DNA of 64,000 bases from the human T2T-CHM13v2.0 reference genome, Homo sapiens: the NCBI RefSeq assembly GCF_009914755.1, contig NC_060934.1. One strand, given 5' to 3'. The notes beneath the pieces are model-generated. The model was not told the DNA's origin. It ran no database searches and saw only the letters and a list, made by a program, of their open reading frames with translations. Below, piece after piece: positions 28,169-47,080 of this stretch. The position numbers were made by a program, and so were the translations under genes. Each line of letters begins with the position of its first letter. Position 1 is the stretch's first letter.

Positions 28169-28649
28169 TTAGCTGGGCGTGGTGGTGAGTGCCTGTAATC
28201 CCAGTTACTCCAGAGGGTGAGGCAGAAAAATTGCTTGAACCCGGGAGGTGGAGGTTGCCATGAGCCGAGATCGTGACAGTGCACTCCAGCCTGGGCGACA
28301 CAGCAAGACTCTCTCTCAATAAAATAAAATAAAATAAAATAAAATAAATACATAAATAAATCTCCTATATAACCTCATAATATCAGATTTGGAGCCTTTT
28401 CCATAGAAATGAAATTCAGAAGAAGCTGAGACTCAGATATTCCAAGCTGCCTGGTGCTCTGTGAATAGAGGAGACTTGTTCTTGTGAAATCTGAGTGCAA
28501 AGACACAGGACAAATTGTTATCTACTTTTCATTCCTAAGGATACTGTATGGCCCTAAAACACAAGAACTAGAATTCTGTGATACCACGGGTACTCCACAG
28601 TGTGTTCCTTCCCCTTTCTGAACCTGATTTGTCTCATCTCTATGAAAAG

Positions 28650-28960
28650 ATGTGGGCTTTGGGGTCAGATGTGGGTTGGAATCCTAGCGCCTGTGTGGCT
28701 GCAATTTTCTTTTGTGTAAAATTGAGATAATAGTACAAAAGTAACAACAGTTAATATTATCAAGTGCTTACTGTGTGCCTGGCACTGTGTTAAATTCTCT
28801 AAGTGTATTTTCTCATTTAATTTTTGTGATAGGCTTATGACACTATTAGTATCTTCATATTACAGTGAGGGTTCAGAGAAGTTAAGGTTCCATAACTAGT
28901 CAGCAGACCTGGGACTTCACTCCAGGCAGCTGATTCCAAAGCCTATTCTAACTTTAAACT
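28650..28960. mobile_element. MIR fragments (two, opposite orientation)
   Basis: GGGCTTTGGGGTCAGA..GGGTTGGAATCC and GTGCTTACTGTGTGCCTGGCACTGTG...TTACAG.GAGG.TCAGAGAAGTTAAG cores. Confidence 0.6.
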
Positions 28961-29104
28961 GCTACTTTTTGGAGTGTTGTAAGAAGGACAATTTATATAA
29001 AATGTTGGCACATAGTGGGTGCTGCTGTTATATGAATGGGCACAAAATCTGTCTACATTTTGCCTTTTACCAAATTTAGAATCTATTTAGTTAAAACCTT
29101 CTTA

Positions 29105-29430
29105 GGGCGGGTGGAGTGCAGTTGCTCATTCCTGTAATCTCAGCACACTGGGAGGCCAAGGCAGGAGGATTGCTTGAGCCCAGGTGTTTGAGACCAGCCT
29201 GGGCACATAGTGAGACCCCCATCTCTCCAAAAAACAAACAAACAAACAAAAACAAAACAAAACTAGCTGGGCGTTGTGGTGCCCCTGTATTCCCAGCTAC
29301 TCAAGAGGCTGGGGTGGGAGAATGGCTTGAGCCCAGGAGTTCAAGGTTGCAGTGAGCTATGATCACAGTACTGCACTCCAGCTTGGGCAGCCGACTGAGA
29401 CCCTGTCTCGAAAAAAAAATAAAAATAAAA
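29105..29430 (+). mobile_element. AluJ-like element ending ~70 nt before SRGN exon 2
   Basis: Dimeric Alu with TSD-like AAAAC(C)TTCTTAGG on both sides. Confidence 0.9.
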
Positions 29431-29499
29431 ACTTCTTAGGACAGAGTGATTAGAAGCTGTGTAGTAGATACTTAGTAACAATGTGGGTTCCTCGGGCAG

Positions 29500-29647
29500 G
29501 TTATCCTACGCAGAGAGCCAGGTACCAATGGGTGCGCTGCAATCCAGACAGTAATTCTGCAAACTGCCTTGAAGAAAAAGGACCAATGTTCGAACTACTT
29601 CCAGGTGAATCCAACAAGATCCCCCGTCTGAGGACTGACCTTTTTCC
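29500..29647 (+). CDS. SRGN: Serglycin exon 2 (GYPTQRARYQWVRCNPDSNSANCLEEKGPMFELLPGESNKIPRLRTDLFP)
   Basis: CAG acceptor at 29497-29499, 148 nt, GTAAGT donor at 29648. The frame continues from exon 1 and includes the two Cys residues of the serglycin N-terminal domain. Confidence 0.98.
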
Positions 29648-29679
29648 GTAAGTGGACTTTTCTCTAATTAATTAATTAA

Positions 29680-30290
<611 letters not shown>

Positions 30291-30599
30291 TAATTTTAAA
30301 GTGTCTGTAATTTCACAACCTCTTGGCACAGATGTGGGAGTGTTTTTCTTCAAGCTGTCCAGAGTGTTTTGCTTCGAGCTCTTGCTTTGGTAGTTTGGCT
30401 CTTACTCTGCAGTACATGGTAAAAGTGTACTGTATATACTGGCATATGACATGTGCGAGTATACATGATTCACCTATGTTTTTGAAATTTTTTTTGTGGA
30501 TGGTAGAGAGGAGCATTGAGGACTTTTCATCAACAGGTATTGAAAATGATTGAACATTGTTTTATTTGTGTAAACAGAACACACTATATATAAAAATCC

Positions 30600-31234
<635 letters not shown>

Positions 31235-33039
31235 CTAGGCATAGTGATGTGCACCTGTGGTCCCAGCTACTCGGGAGGCTGAGGTAGGAGAATCTCTTGA
31301 GCCTATGTTGAGCCTGCAGTGAACCCTATTTATGCCATTGCACTCCAGCCTAGGCAACAGAGTAAGACTCTGTCTCAAAAAAAGAAAAAAAAAATTAGGG
31401 AAAGGAAGAATAATTAGCCAAGACTTGTAAAACAAAAATCAAATCTCTTCTTTTGATCACATAAAACTTGCTTTAAACTTGCAAAAAAGACCTGATATAA
31501 ATTCATAAGTAACAAAAAATTGAATTATATTAGAAACCATTAATTCAATGAATACTAAAGCTATGTAGGATGTAGCAAAATATACATATTAAGAAAAGGA
31601 TTATCATAAAAGTTTTAATCTCCAGGCTCAAACCTAGAAAATCACTCTCCTCAAAGCCAGGGTTAATCATCATGCTCCAAACCAGGTACATTTCACATCA
31701 CTTTGGGATCCTGGCAACTTTCTCTTTTGTTTTTTTTTTTTTTTTGAGACAGGGTCTCCTCTGTCACCCAGGATGGAGTGCAGTGGTGTGATCATAGCTC
31801 ACTGCAGCCTCGAACTCCTCAAGTGATCTTCCTGCCTCAGCCTCCCAAGTAGCGGGACCACAGGCACACAGCACCATGCCCATCTAATTAAAAAAATTTT
31901 TTTTTGTAGAGACAGGGGTCTCTGTACATTTCCCAGGCTGGTCATGTACTCCTAAGCTCAAGCAGTCCTCCCACCTCAGCCTCCCAAAGTGCCGGAATTA
32001 CAGTCATGAGCCACCATTCCCAGCGCTGGTGACTTTCTCCATCACTGGTGACTTTCTCCATCACTGGTATTCACTGCATTAGTGATGACATCATTACAAT
32101 CTTCAATATGCAACTTTGTAGTCCTACTCTTGCATTCTTACTTTAAAGCCTCAGCATTAAGTTTGAATGTAATATTACAGCATCCTTCATTACTTTAAAT
32201 CATTGGTTTCAATAGTAATTCATTTAAATCTAAAATGTTAGGCTGCAGTGGCTCATGCCTGTAATCCCCCCAGTTTGGGAGACTGAGGTGGGAGAATCAC
32301 TTGAGGCCAAGAATTTGAGACCAGCCTGGGCAACACGGCAAGACCCCATCTCTAAAAATTAGTGGCCCGGCGCTGTGCCTCACGCCTGTAATCCCAACAC
32401 TTTGGGAGGCCGAGGCGGATAGCTTGAGGTCAGGAGTTCAAGATCAGCCTGGCCAACATGGCGGAAACCCATTTCTACTAAAAATACAAAAATTAGCTGG
32501 GCATGGTGGCACGCCTGTAATCCCAGCTATTGAGAGGCCGAGGCAGGCAGACTGGGAGGCCAAGGCAGGCAGATTGCTTTGAGACCTGCCTGGGTAACAT
32601 GGAGAAATCCTGTCTCTACAGAAAAATACAAAAATTAGCCAAGCATGGAGAAACCTCGTCTCTATAGAAAGACACAAAAACTAGCCATGCATGCCTGTGG
32701 TCCAGCTACTCGAAAGGCTGAGATGGGAGGATTGCTTGATCCTGAGAGGTCAAGGCTGAAGTGAGCCATGGTGTGGCACTGCACTCCAGCCAGGGTGACA
32801 GACTAAAACCTTGTCTCAAAATAAATAAACACATTTAAAATAAATAAATACAATTAAAACTAAAATTAAAAAATAAAATAAAATGTTAAGAGAATAGCTC
32901 AAATTCTCCAAAAGAACTCTTGCACACCATTCCTCCTCTTCTCAAATCTCTATTTTCCTTCCCCAAAGCCAGTAACTGCTTCTCACCCTGACCCTGTGCT
33001 TTCTTTCCCGTCATTGCGAAAGAATGGTCCTTGCTTCTG

Positions 33040-33830
<791 letters not shown>

Positions 33831-34302
33831 CAGCTTCCAAGGCCACCTCTCTTTGTGGCTGGTATCCTTTTCCCATGCATCTTCTCCAGGACTTCCATTC
33901 TGCAGTTATCTCTCTGAACTCAGTGTCTTCTTCCCATCAGTATAGGGGTGGACTTTAGTATCTCCTATGTTTAGGCAACATCTCTCCTTTGACTCTGCGT
34001 CTTCTCCAGTGGTTGCCCTTCTCTGCTCCTCTTCACAATAACACCTCCTGAAAGGGCCACCCATGCCTGCCCCCTCCTTTCCTCACCCCCTCTGTGGCTG
34101 GACTTCTGTTCCTACACTCCACCCTGGTTGACAAAGTCACTGATTACTTCTCTATTTTCAGCTTACTTGATCCTTAATTGCCTTCAAAAACAGCTAACTG
34201 GGCCATGCATGTAATCCCAGCACTTCGGGAGGCCAAGGCAGGAGGATCACTTGAGCCCAGGAGTTCAGGACCAGCCTGCCTGGGCAACATAGTGAGACCC
34301 TA

Positions 34303-34940
<638 letters not shown>

Positions 34941-35349
34941 TAAAACTCTAATTGGTTGTATGCTGGTGGTTTATTATTTTCATGGAGGAAATGACTTGTA
35001 GGCTGTGACACTCAGCTTTTGTCTCTGATGCTTTGTTGCCCTGTTCTGTCACCGAGGGCTGTCGTCATTGCTCTGGCCATTTTGTGCTCTTTGAATTTCT
35101 AATCATCACACTCAACCCAGAAGGCAGCCTTACCTTTCAGCACTCTTCAGCTGAATGAGTGCAAGTTGGAGGCAGGGTCATTTTTTGATAGGAAATTGAA
35201 TGTTTATATGCTGGTAAATATAAAGCTTAGCTTTTTACAAAGAATTTCTCAAAAGTGAGCTTTGTTGAAGCCCTGTAAATTGTTAGAACTTTTATGGAAA
35301 TTTTAATTTAGGAAAAAATGTCATCTGTTTGGGCTGACTTAGTTGTTAG

Positions 35350-35598
<249 letters not shown>

Positions 35599-35753
35599 TG
35601 ATCACCCACCTTGGCCTCCCAAAGTGCTTGGATTACAGACATGAGCCACCACACCCGGCCAAGAGGACTTCTTTTAAAAATGATTTCTTGGGCCGGGTGC
35701 AGTGGCTCACACCTGTAATCCCAGCACTTTGGGAGGCTGAGGTGGGTGGTTCA

Positions 35754-36026
<273 letters not shown>

Positions 36027-36298
36027 CTAGTGATAACAAAATTAACACTGTTTATGCAAGTCTGCAATAGGTAGATGTGAAGTTGATAGGTGCAATAAGT
36101 ATAGGCAAACACATAGGAACATTTGACCTGTTTTTTTGTTGATTTTAAAACATTGAATAATTGGGAAGCTTTTAAATCTCTTAATTTGAGCAACTAGATG
36201 GCTGTATTTATCTCCTTATATTAAAAAAACTATTATAATTATCTTTCCCACATATCAAACTCCACTGGTTTTTTTCCCATTTTTCTTTCATACTTCAG

Positions 36299-36548
36299 AA
36301 AGACGAGAATCCAGGACTTGAATCGTATCTTCCCACTTTCTGAGGACTACTCTGGATCAGGCTTCGGCTCCGGCTCCGGCTCTGGATCAGGATCTGGGAG
36401 TGGCTTCCTAACGGAAATGGAACAGGATTACCAACTAGTAGACGAAAGTGATGCTTTCCATGACAACCTTAGGTCTCTTGACAGGAATCTGCCCTCAGAC
36501 AGCCAGGACTTGGGTCAACATGGATTAGAAGAGGATTTTATGTTATAA
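36299..36548 (+). CDS. SRGN: Serglycin exon 3 coding part (KTRIQDLNRIF...SGSGFGSGSGSGSGSGSG...EEDFML*)
   Basis: Pyrimidine-rich acceptor ending TTCAG at 36298, and ORF track 36318..36548. 79+148+250=477 nt = 158 aa plus TAA. Confidence 0.98.
36351..36404 (+). repeat. SRGN: Ser-Gly dipeptide repeat (8 Ser-Gly + 1 Phe-Gly), glycosaminoglycan attachment region
   Basis: TCT GGA TCA GGC TTC GGC TCC GGC TCC GGC TCT GGA TCA GGA TCT GGG AGT GGC read directly. Confidence 0.97.
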
Positions 36549-37240
36549 AAGAGGATTTTCCCACCTTGACACCAGGCAATGTAGTTAGCATATTTTATGT
36601 ACCATGGTTATATGATTAATCTTGGGACAAAGAATTTTATAGAAATTTTTAAACATCTGAAAAAGAAGCTTAAGTTTTATCATCCTTTTTTTTCTCATGA
36701 ATTCTTAAAGGATTATGCTTTAATGCTGTTATCTATCTTATTGTTCTTGAAAATACCTGCATTTTTTGGTATCATGTTCAACCAACATCATTATGAAATT
36801 AATTAGATTCCCATGGCCATAAAATGGCTTTAAAGAATATATATATATTTTTAAAGTAGCTTGAGAAGCAAATTGGCAGGTAATATTTCATACCTAAATT
36901 AAGACTCTGACTTGGATTGTGAATTATAATGATATGCCCCTTTTCTTATAAAAACAAAAAAAAAATAATGAAACACAGTGAATTTGTAGAGTGGGGGTAT
37001 TTGACATATTTTACAGGGTGGAGTGTACTATATACTATTACCTTTGAATGTGTTTGCAGAGCTAGTGGATGTGTTTGTCTACAAGTATGATTGCTGTTAC
37101 ATAACACCCCAAATTAACTCCCAAATTAAAACACAGTTGTGCTGTCAATACCTCATACTGCTTTACCTTTTTTTCCTGGATATCTGTGTATTTTCAAATG
37201 TTACTATATATTAAAGCAGAAATATAACCAAAGGTTAAGC
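36549..37240 (+). other. SRGN: SRGN 3' UTR (end approximate)
   Basis: AT-rich unique sequence after the stop codon, ending at an ATTAAA signal with a downstream GT-rich tract. Confidence 0.8.
37210..37215 (+). terminator. SRGN: Poly(A) signal ATTAAA of SRGN (second ATTAAA at 37125-37130)
   Basis: ATTAAA followed ~25-45 nt later by GCTGTCTCGGATCTGTTGTTCT, a GU-rich downstream element. Confidence 0.7.
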
Positions 37241-37499
37241 TGTCTCGGATCTGTTGTTCTAAACCCAGGAAACAGTTATTTTTGGCCAGACGTTTCTCCA
37301 GAAGTCTTATCAACAAAACAACTTTAAACGTATTCTACAGTAAACACAAGTTTTGTAACCAGAATCAAATCATACTAACTAGCAAATGAAGAAAGCAATG
37401 ATGCCTTAGCAAGAGGGTTATATATCTCAAAGCACTTCCTCACCTGAAAGATAGTTCCATCTCTGTTCCCCTTAGTTCTGAAAAGCCCCCTTACATCAC

Positions 37500-37863
37500 C
37501 ATCCTGGATTCTGTTCTGTACTGTCCAGATCCCAGCTCCAGAACTGAGTACTTACTCAAATTAATCTCCTCAGGAGAGAGCCACCTTGCCCAAGGTCATG
37601 CTGCTTTGCAGGGCAGCCTGCATCCAGTGACTGGCTGATGTGGGCATATCAAGGCCTGAACTCAGAATAGTCATACAGATTCAAAACTCCCCACAGGATC
37701 AGCTCCAGTTTTGCTGGGACTACTTTGTAGCTCAGTTTCTTCTTTACTCAATTTTACTTCCTTCCATTCCGCTCATAGGTTTCTATCCTGAGAGTGCTCC
37801 CTTAGAAATTTTCTGCTAGTTTCCATCTCAGAATTTGCTTCTAGGAGAACACAACTTGTGACA
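37500..37863 (+). mobile_element. 5' LTR of an ancient ERVL-class provirus (LTR16-like)
   Basis: Ends ...GAACACAACTTGTGACA and shares CCAAGGTCATGCT and a 26/30 nt terminal block with 44783-45200. Confidence 0.7.
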
Positions 37864-38936
37864 GGTTGTGCCAGGAGGGATAAGAAATGGATGCTAAGAT
37901 GGGATTTTGGAGCTAGATTGCCTGCTGTCTGGCTGGCAATGAGGACTCCATCCTTGGCCATAGATGAGCACAGGCACAAGATAGCAGTGCAATTGTTAAA
38001 ACTTTCACTGGTGATGAACCAAGATGGTATACCAGTGGAAGGGAGTGCACTAGGGTGTGATGTACTAGGCATCTGAGAAATGTTGGCAAGTAGTAATAAT
38101 AAAGACAATGGTATTGGTTGGCTATTGCTGGACTTAATTAATGCTTTTGAAAAAGACAATGAAAGGCTAAGGACAATTAATTAAAAGCTAAATGTGAAAA
38201 CCATTGGGCCTCCTTGGCAGCATATTAAGAAACTCTCTTCTGTAATAGAAGGAATTAAAAAGCTGAGGACCAGGCCCAGGACTTATGAGAATAGCAGATG
38301 GCTGGGTGTGGTGGCTCACGCCTGCAATCCCAACGCTTTGGGGGGCTGAGGCAGGTGGATCACCTGAGGTCAGGAGTTTGAGATCAGCCTGGCCAACATG
38401 GCGAAACACTGTCTCTACTAAAAATACAAAAATTAGCCAGGTGTGGTGACAGGCATCTATAATCCCAGCTACTCCGGAGGCTGAAGCAGGAGAATTGCTT
38501 GAACCTAGGAGGTTCAAACCTGGGAGGTTGCAGTGAGCTGAGATCATGTCACTGCAATCCAGCCTGGGTGACAGAGGGAGACTCTATCTCAAAAAAAAAA
38601 AAAAAAAAAATAGCAGAGTTCCAAGAATATTAAATTGTCAGCTTAGCCCAGTCTGTTATGCAAGCTCAGAGTCCTTACTGGGGAAAAATAGGACCCTGAG
38701 AGATGGAAACATCTGGGCTGATACATTCAAGTTTTAAATCCTCAGATTCCTTTGAACCTCTGAATCTACAGAAGAGTCCCATGCTTTAAGGACCGATGCT
38801 GGCCAGGTGTGGTGGCTCATGCTTGTAATCCCAGTACTTTGGGAGGCTGAGGCGGGCAGATCACTTGAGGTCAGGAGTTCAAGACCAGCCTGGCCAACAC
38901 AGTGAAACCCTGTCTCTACTAAAAATACAAAAATTA

Positions 38937-39185
<249 letters not shown>

Positions 39186-39823
39186 TCAAGATCTGTCCCC
39201 ACCTCCCTTCCTAGACAGCAGATAAATATCAAAGTTAAGTCAGTATAAACCAACAGGGGAGTTTTGGGCTTGCTCAGGAGGAAAGGTAAAATACTCTGAA
39301 AGTTCTGTAGAACTTAGCTAACGTGGACCTTAAAAGCTAAGAGGGTGTCTGTAAGACTTAACTCTGGAAGTCCTTGATCCAGGGACGGAGATAGAACACA
39401 AACTTGGATAAGGGAGTGTTTAGCAATGTGAGTGTACCCTCCTGGGATACAGGTTTTAATGCCCTGGCAAGAACCCTGGGAGAAGGTGTTGAGACTCTGC
39501 TAAAATGACTCTTAGACACTTGGAGAAAGTGACAGCCCACACTTAAGTGAAGTGGAAATACTAGAATTGTCATGCCAGGCAGTGGAAAAAGGGGTCAATA
39601 GGATTAAGGAAATGCACATGATAGAATGAATGGACTATATAAGCCTTGCAAACCCACCAGATGACTGTCTTGCAGGAAGGCCAAAGCAATAAAGAATAGC
39701 CTGGTGAGAGCAATCAGCACCTCTGAGCCATCTGCAGTGGCTCTCCTCTGAAAGGCAGGGCTGATGTTGTTACATAACTGGGCTTATTAATAGCAGTGGG
39801 AATAAAGGGTACCAAAATAATAG

Positions 39824-40156
<333 letters not shown>

Positions 40157-40316
40157 TGAGCCACCGCGTCCAGCCAAGAAGCCAAGAGGTGCAGTTATCT
40201 TAATGAGCAGCAAGGTCAGAGATGTATCCAGGGGAGCCTCATGGGCACTGAGATAGGAGATGGCATCTCTAGAGGCAATGTAGTTGCACAGCCAGCAAAA
40301 GTATTGCTCAATCTAT

Positions 40317-40647
40317 TGTATTAAGCAGGGTTTGCCAGAGAGACAGAACCACTAGGACATATACTTAGATATATGAGAGGAGGTTTATTAGGGCAATTGG
40401 CTCATGTGATGGTGGAGGCCATCTGCAAGCTGGAGAACCAAGGAAGCTGGTAGCATAGCTCAGTCCAAGTCCAAAGGCCTTGGACCAGGGATCCAGGGAT
40501 ATGGCAGATCTTCCGCACCTGGTCTACCAACTCACACTCTAATCTCCTGACGAAATAACTTCACAGATACACCCAGAAATAATGCTTTACCTCCTATCTA
40601 GGTATCCCTTAATCCAGTGAAGTTGACATCTAAAATTAACCACCACA
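40317..40647 (-). mobile_element. MLT2B-like ERVL solo LTR with internal deletions
   Basis: Reverse complement begins TGTGGTGGTTAATTTTAGATGTCAACTT; the other end reads TGTATTAAGCAGGGTTTGCCAGAGAGACAGAACC. Confidence 0.75.
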
Positions 40648-40948
40648 TTATTCAACCAGAAAGATCAAGATGGTCAGGAGGCATAGGGCAATTGCCTCAA
40701 TAAAAAAACACTATGGTGGCTGGGCGTGGTGGCTCATGCCTATAGTCCCAGCACTTTGGGAGGCCAAGATGGGCGGATCACGAGATCAGGAGTTGGAGAC
40801 CAGCCTGACCAACATGGTGAAACCCCATGTTTACTAAAAATACAAAAATTAGCCGGGTATGGTGGTACGCGCCAGGTGTGGTGGCTCACACCTGTAATCT
40901 CAGCACTTTGGGAGACTGAGGCAGGTGGATTACAAGGTCAGGAGTTCA

Positions 40949-41224
<276 letters not shown>

Positions 41225-41297
41225 TTAATTCACCAGTCTGGGCCTCACAAAAAGCAAATGGAGAGTGCTAGTGGACTATTACAAATTCAACCGAGTA

Positions 41298-42042
<745 letters not shown>

Positions 42043-42393
42043 TAGTAGCTCTATTGAAGCAGCATCCCCAGGTGGAACACTTTTGCTAGAGCAGAGTTAC
42101 ATAGCTTTAGATACCTAATAGTCATTTATTTGACAAATGCTTTCTTTTATATCCCTATCAAAAAAAGAGGATAAGGCTGGGCACAGTGGCTCATGCCTAT
42201 AATCCCAGCACTTTAGGAGGCTGAGGTGGGAGAATCACTTGAACCCAGGAGTTCGAGACCAGCCTGGGAAATATAGCGAGACCTCATCTCTCCATTTTTT
42301 AAAAGAGGATCAGAGGCCAGGCGCAGTGGCTCATGCCTGTAATCCTAGCATTGGGAGGCCAAGGTGGATGGATGGCTTGAGCTCAAGAGTTCA

Positions 42394-42636
<243 letters not shown>

Positions 42637-44782
42637 TTACGTACTCTTGGAACAGACGGCAGTATATTTACAGTCTATTCCCAGGACTATTTTAACTCTC
42701 CCACTCTTTGTCATAGTACCATCTAAAGAGACCTGAACTGGCTGGACATCTCACAGAAAATCACAGTGGTCACTGACCAGACCCCCATGTCATTGCCACT
42801 GATGCACCAGCATTTCTTCCTGGGCTCACATCTATGACTGTATGAGGGCTTCCTAATGACCAACTGCCAGGATAGGAATAAACTCCAGCTTGGTTCACAC
42901 ATGGATTGGTCTGGTATATGGGAGCAAGCCAAAAGTGGATGTCAGCTACACTACAATGCCATTCAGGAGTGGACTTGAAAAGCAGCTTTGAGGGGAAATC
43001 CTCCCAGTGAGCAGGAGCATTGGGTGGTGCTCCTGGTCATCCACTCTGTGTAGAGAGAGAAGTAGCCTGAGGTTGGAAGATACTCATTTGCATGGACTGT
43101 GGTGACTGTTTTGCCCAGTTGATAAGGGGTCTAAAACAGAAAGATTGGAAGATTGGGCACGAAGCAGCTCAGGGTAAAGGCATGTGGATGGACCAATGAG
43201 AGAAGACAAAGTGTGAAGATGTACGTATCAAATGTGAATGCCCACCAGAAAACATCCATCACAGAAGAGGCACTAAACAACCAGGTAGACAAAATGACTT
43301 GGACAGATGTCAGTCAGCCTCTGTCATGGGCCACCCTAAAACTGGCACAATGAGCTTAGGAAGGAGTGGCCACAGTGGCAGTGATGGAGGCCACACATGG
43401 GCTCCCGCTGACCAAGATTGATCCAGCTACTGATGTTGCCAAATGTCCAGTATGCTAGCAACAGAGCTCATTGCTGAGCCACTGATATGGCACTATCCCT
43501 GAAGGAGACTTTGGTGGCTAGTTGACTACATTAGGTCCCTTCCATCATGGAAGGGCCAGAGATTTGTTTGAACAGTGATAGAGATGTATTTCAGGTATGT
43601 GTTTGCCTTTCCTGCTCAGGGGATGTCTAACACTAAAATCTAAGGACTTACAGAGTATGTTTGATTTATCAACAGGGTTTTGCATATAACATCACATCAC
43701 AGCATAACAGCAGGAGATGCAGCAGTGGGCACACGACCATGGGCTCCACTGGTTTTATCACCCACCACATCACCTCAGTGCCCTCAACATGACAGAATGT
43801 TGGAAGGGCCTGTTGAGGGCACAGCTGAGGCAATGCTTGGCTATGATACACTGAGGTTGGCGTCACAACCTTCGGGATGCAGTTTACATGCTAGATCAGT
43901 AACCTTTATATGGTGCTGTGTCCTTAATAGGTAGAATACATGGGTCCAGGAACCAAGGAGTGGAAGTACAAAAGGACTCAACATCGAAACTACGTGGGGT
44001 GTTTAGCTGGACACAATGGCTCAGGTCTGCAATCCCAGTTACTTGGGAGGCTGGGGTGGGAGGATTGCTTGAGGCCAGGAGTTCAAGAGCAGCCTGGACA
44101 ACATAAAAGACCCTGTCCCCTTATCTAACAAATAAAACAAAACACCACTTGTGGAATTTATTCTTCCTATTACCGCAACCCTGAGTTTTGCATATTTAGA
44201 TGTTATGATTCCCTGTGGGAAATGTTTCCACCGGGGGACATGGTAAGTGTCGTATTGAACTTTAAGCTATGGCATCTTAAGCTCTTTTTGGCAAGGGATG
44301 AATGGTCAAGAAGTCACCATCTTGGCGGGGGCTATGAACCTGATTATCAAGAGGCAGGGCTGCTGCTACACAGTGGGGACAGGGAGGCCTACGCTTGACA
44401 CCCAAGTGATCCACTGAGGCTTCTCTGAGTATTTCGAAGAAGTACTAATGGTTTAATGGTAAATGGATAAATACAGCAGCCAGGCCTGAGAAGAACCTGC
44501 CAACTAGGGGCTCAGATCCTCATGGCTGAAGGTCTGGGTCAATCCTCCAACTATGCTATCTAGACTAGCAGAGGTGTTAGCCAAGGGTGAGAGAAATCTA
44601 GAATTGATAGTAGAGGAGGCATTTAATGAGTATCCATTGTAGTCTTGATACCAGCTGCAGTGGCAGTGGCTGCAATTCATTCCACTGACCTTTCTCCAGG
44701 AAAAGAGCCCTGCAGTATCCTGAAAGAGCTGTTCCCAGAATTTATATGAAGCAAAAAGATCTAAGTGGCACAAGGGGTAAAC

Positions 44783-45200
44783 TGTTACGAATGCTGTGCT
44801 GTGTTACCGAGATTCCCCCTTTGGGACTGGAAGATCTATTCCCTCGGCCACAGGAAAGGTTGGCTGACGGCTGCAAGTTCTTAGATGCAGAGAGCCAGTT
44901 CATCCAAGGTCATGCTCCCTTCTCATGGACAGCTCACAGTCAAAGACTCATCTATGTGGGGGTATAGAGTCTCAGAGCTCATGCTCCACTTGGAACAACT
45001 CAGAAGAAACACCCCAACTTCAGAACTCTCTATTTGGTCAGCTGATGCCTTGTGATTATACTGCAGCTCAATTTATTCCTCTCTAATCCTGTTTCCTTCT
45101 CGTTCTGCACAGGTGTTTATCCTAAGGCAACTCCATCATTAACTTCCTCCATGCTATTCATCCTCTCAGAGTTTGCTTCTCATAGAACACAACTCATAGG
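44783..45200 (+). mobile_element. 3' LTR of the same provirus (LTR16-like)
   Basis: Begins TGT after the polypurine tract and is homologous to 37500-37863. Confidence 0.7.
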
Positions 45201-45456
45201 AATATGTTTATAGCATTTTACTTTTGGTGACAGTTGTAAATTATACCCTGATCTTTCTGTTAATAAATCTGAGATTATTTAACAGGAACTTAGTTAGTTT
45301 TATGCCCAATGGGGTATTACTGTCAAGAGGCCTATTTTTGGCTTCCACATGATACAGCAGAGAAAACAAGGCACGTTTTAGAAAATACACCTGTTGCTTT
45401 GTATCACTAGTTAAGTGCTAGGTTTTACACCTTTAAAGGAGAGGTAGGTAGTCTAG

Positions 45457-45770
<314 letters not shown>

Positions 45771-45859
45771 AATGACATTCTTGTTAAAAAAGATCTTAAA
45801 CTTGCCACAAAGAAACTGTAGAATATTTCTGTTTTGTAGAAAGAGTTTGAGTTTTAGCA

Positions 45860-46620
<761 letters not shown>

Positions 46621-47080
46621 AATTGTAATCATGAAAATGTGTGTTGATTGACAGATAGAGCCCAAAACGTAAAAGAGTAAGAATTTAAAAACCTACACAA
46701 CTTAAAAAAATTTAAGAGTAAGAATTTTAAAAACTACACAAAACTACACATGCTATTTCATAAGATTATCTATGTGCTAGGTGATGGGAATACAGAGGGA
46801 AACAAGTACACATCAGATGGCATTTGTCCTTGAGCTTAGTCTAACAGGGTTTGAATGAGAGTGAATGTAACATGTTAGTCTTGCCTGGCACTAAGGAAGG
46901 TATTATGTGAGTGCAATAGTAATTGCGGTTTTTGCATTGTTGGAATTTGCTGTTTGATATTGGAATGCATTCTTAAATAAATATGGTTATGTTATACATC
47001 ATTTTAATGGGCACTTCTTGTTTTATGTTTTTGTGCTAGTGACTTATTACTTGCTGTTTATTTTATGTTTATTTTAGACT

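Noticed and set aside
36318-36548. Stand-alone 76-aa ORF MNRIFPLSED...
   Set aside because: It starts at an internal TTG (Leu) and is simply the frame of SRGN exon 3.
43153-43353. Domesticated retroviral protein
   Set aside because: Only a 66-codon stretch of ERVL pol survives, surrounded by stops and frameshifts.
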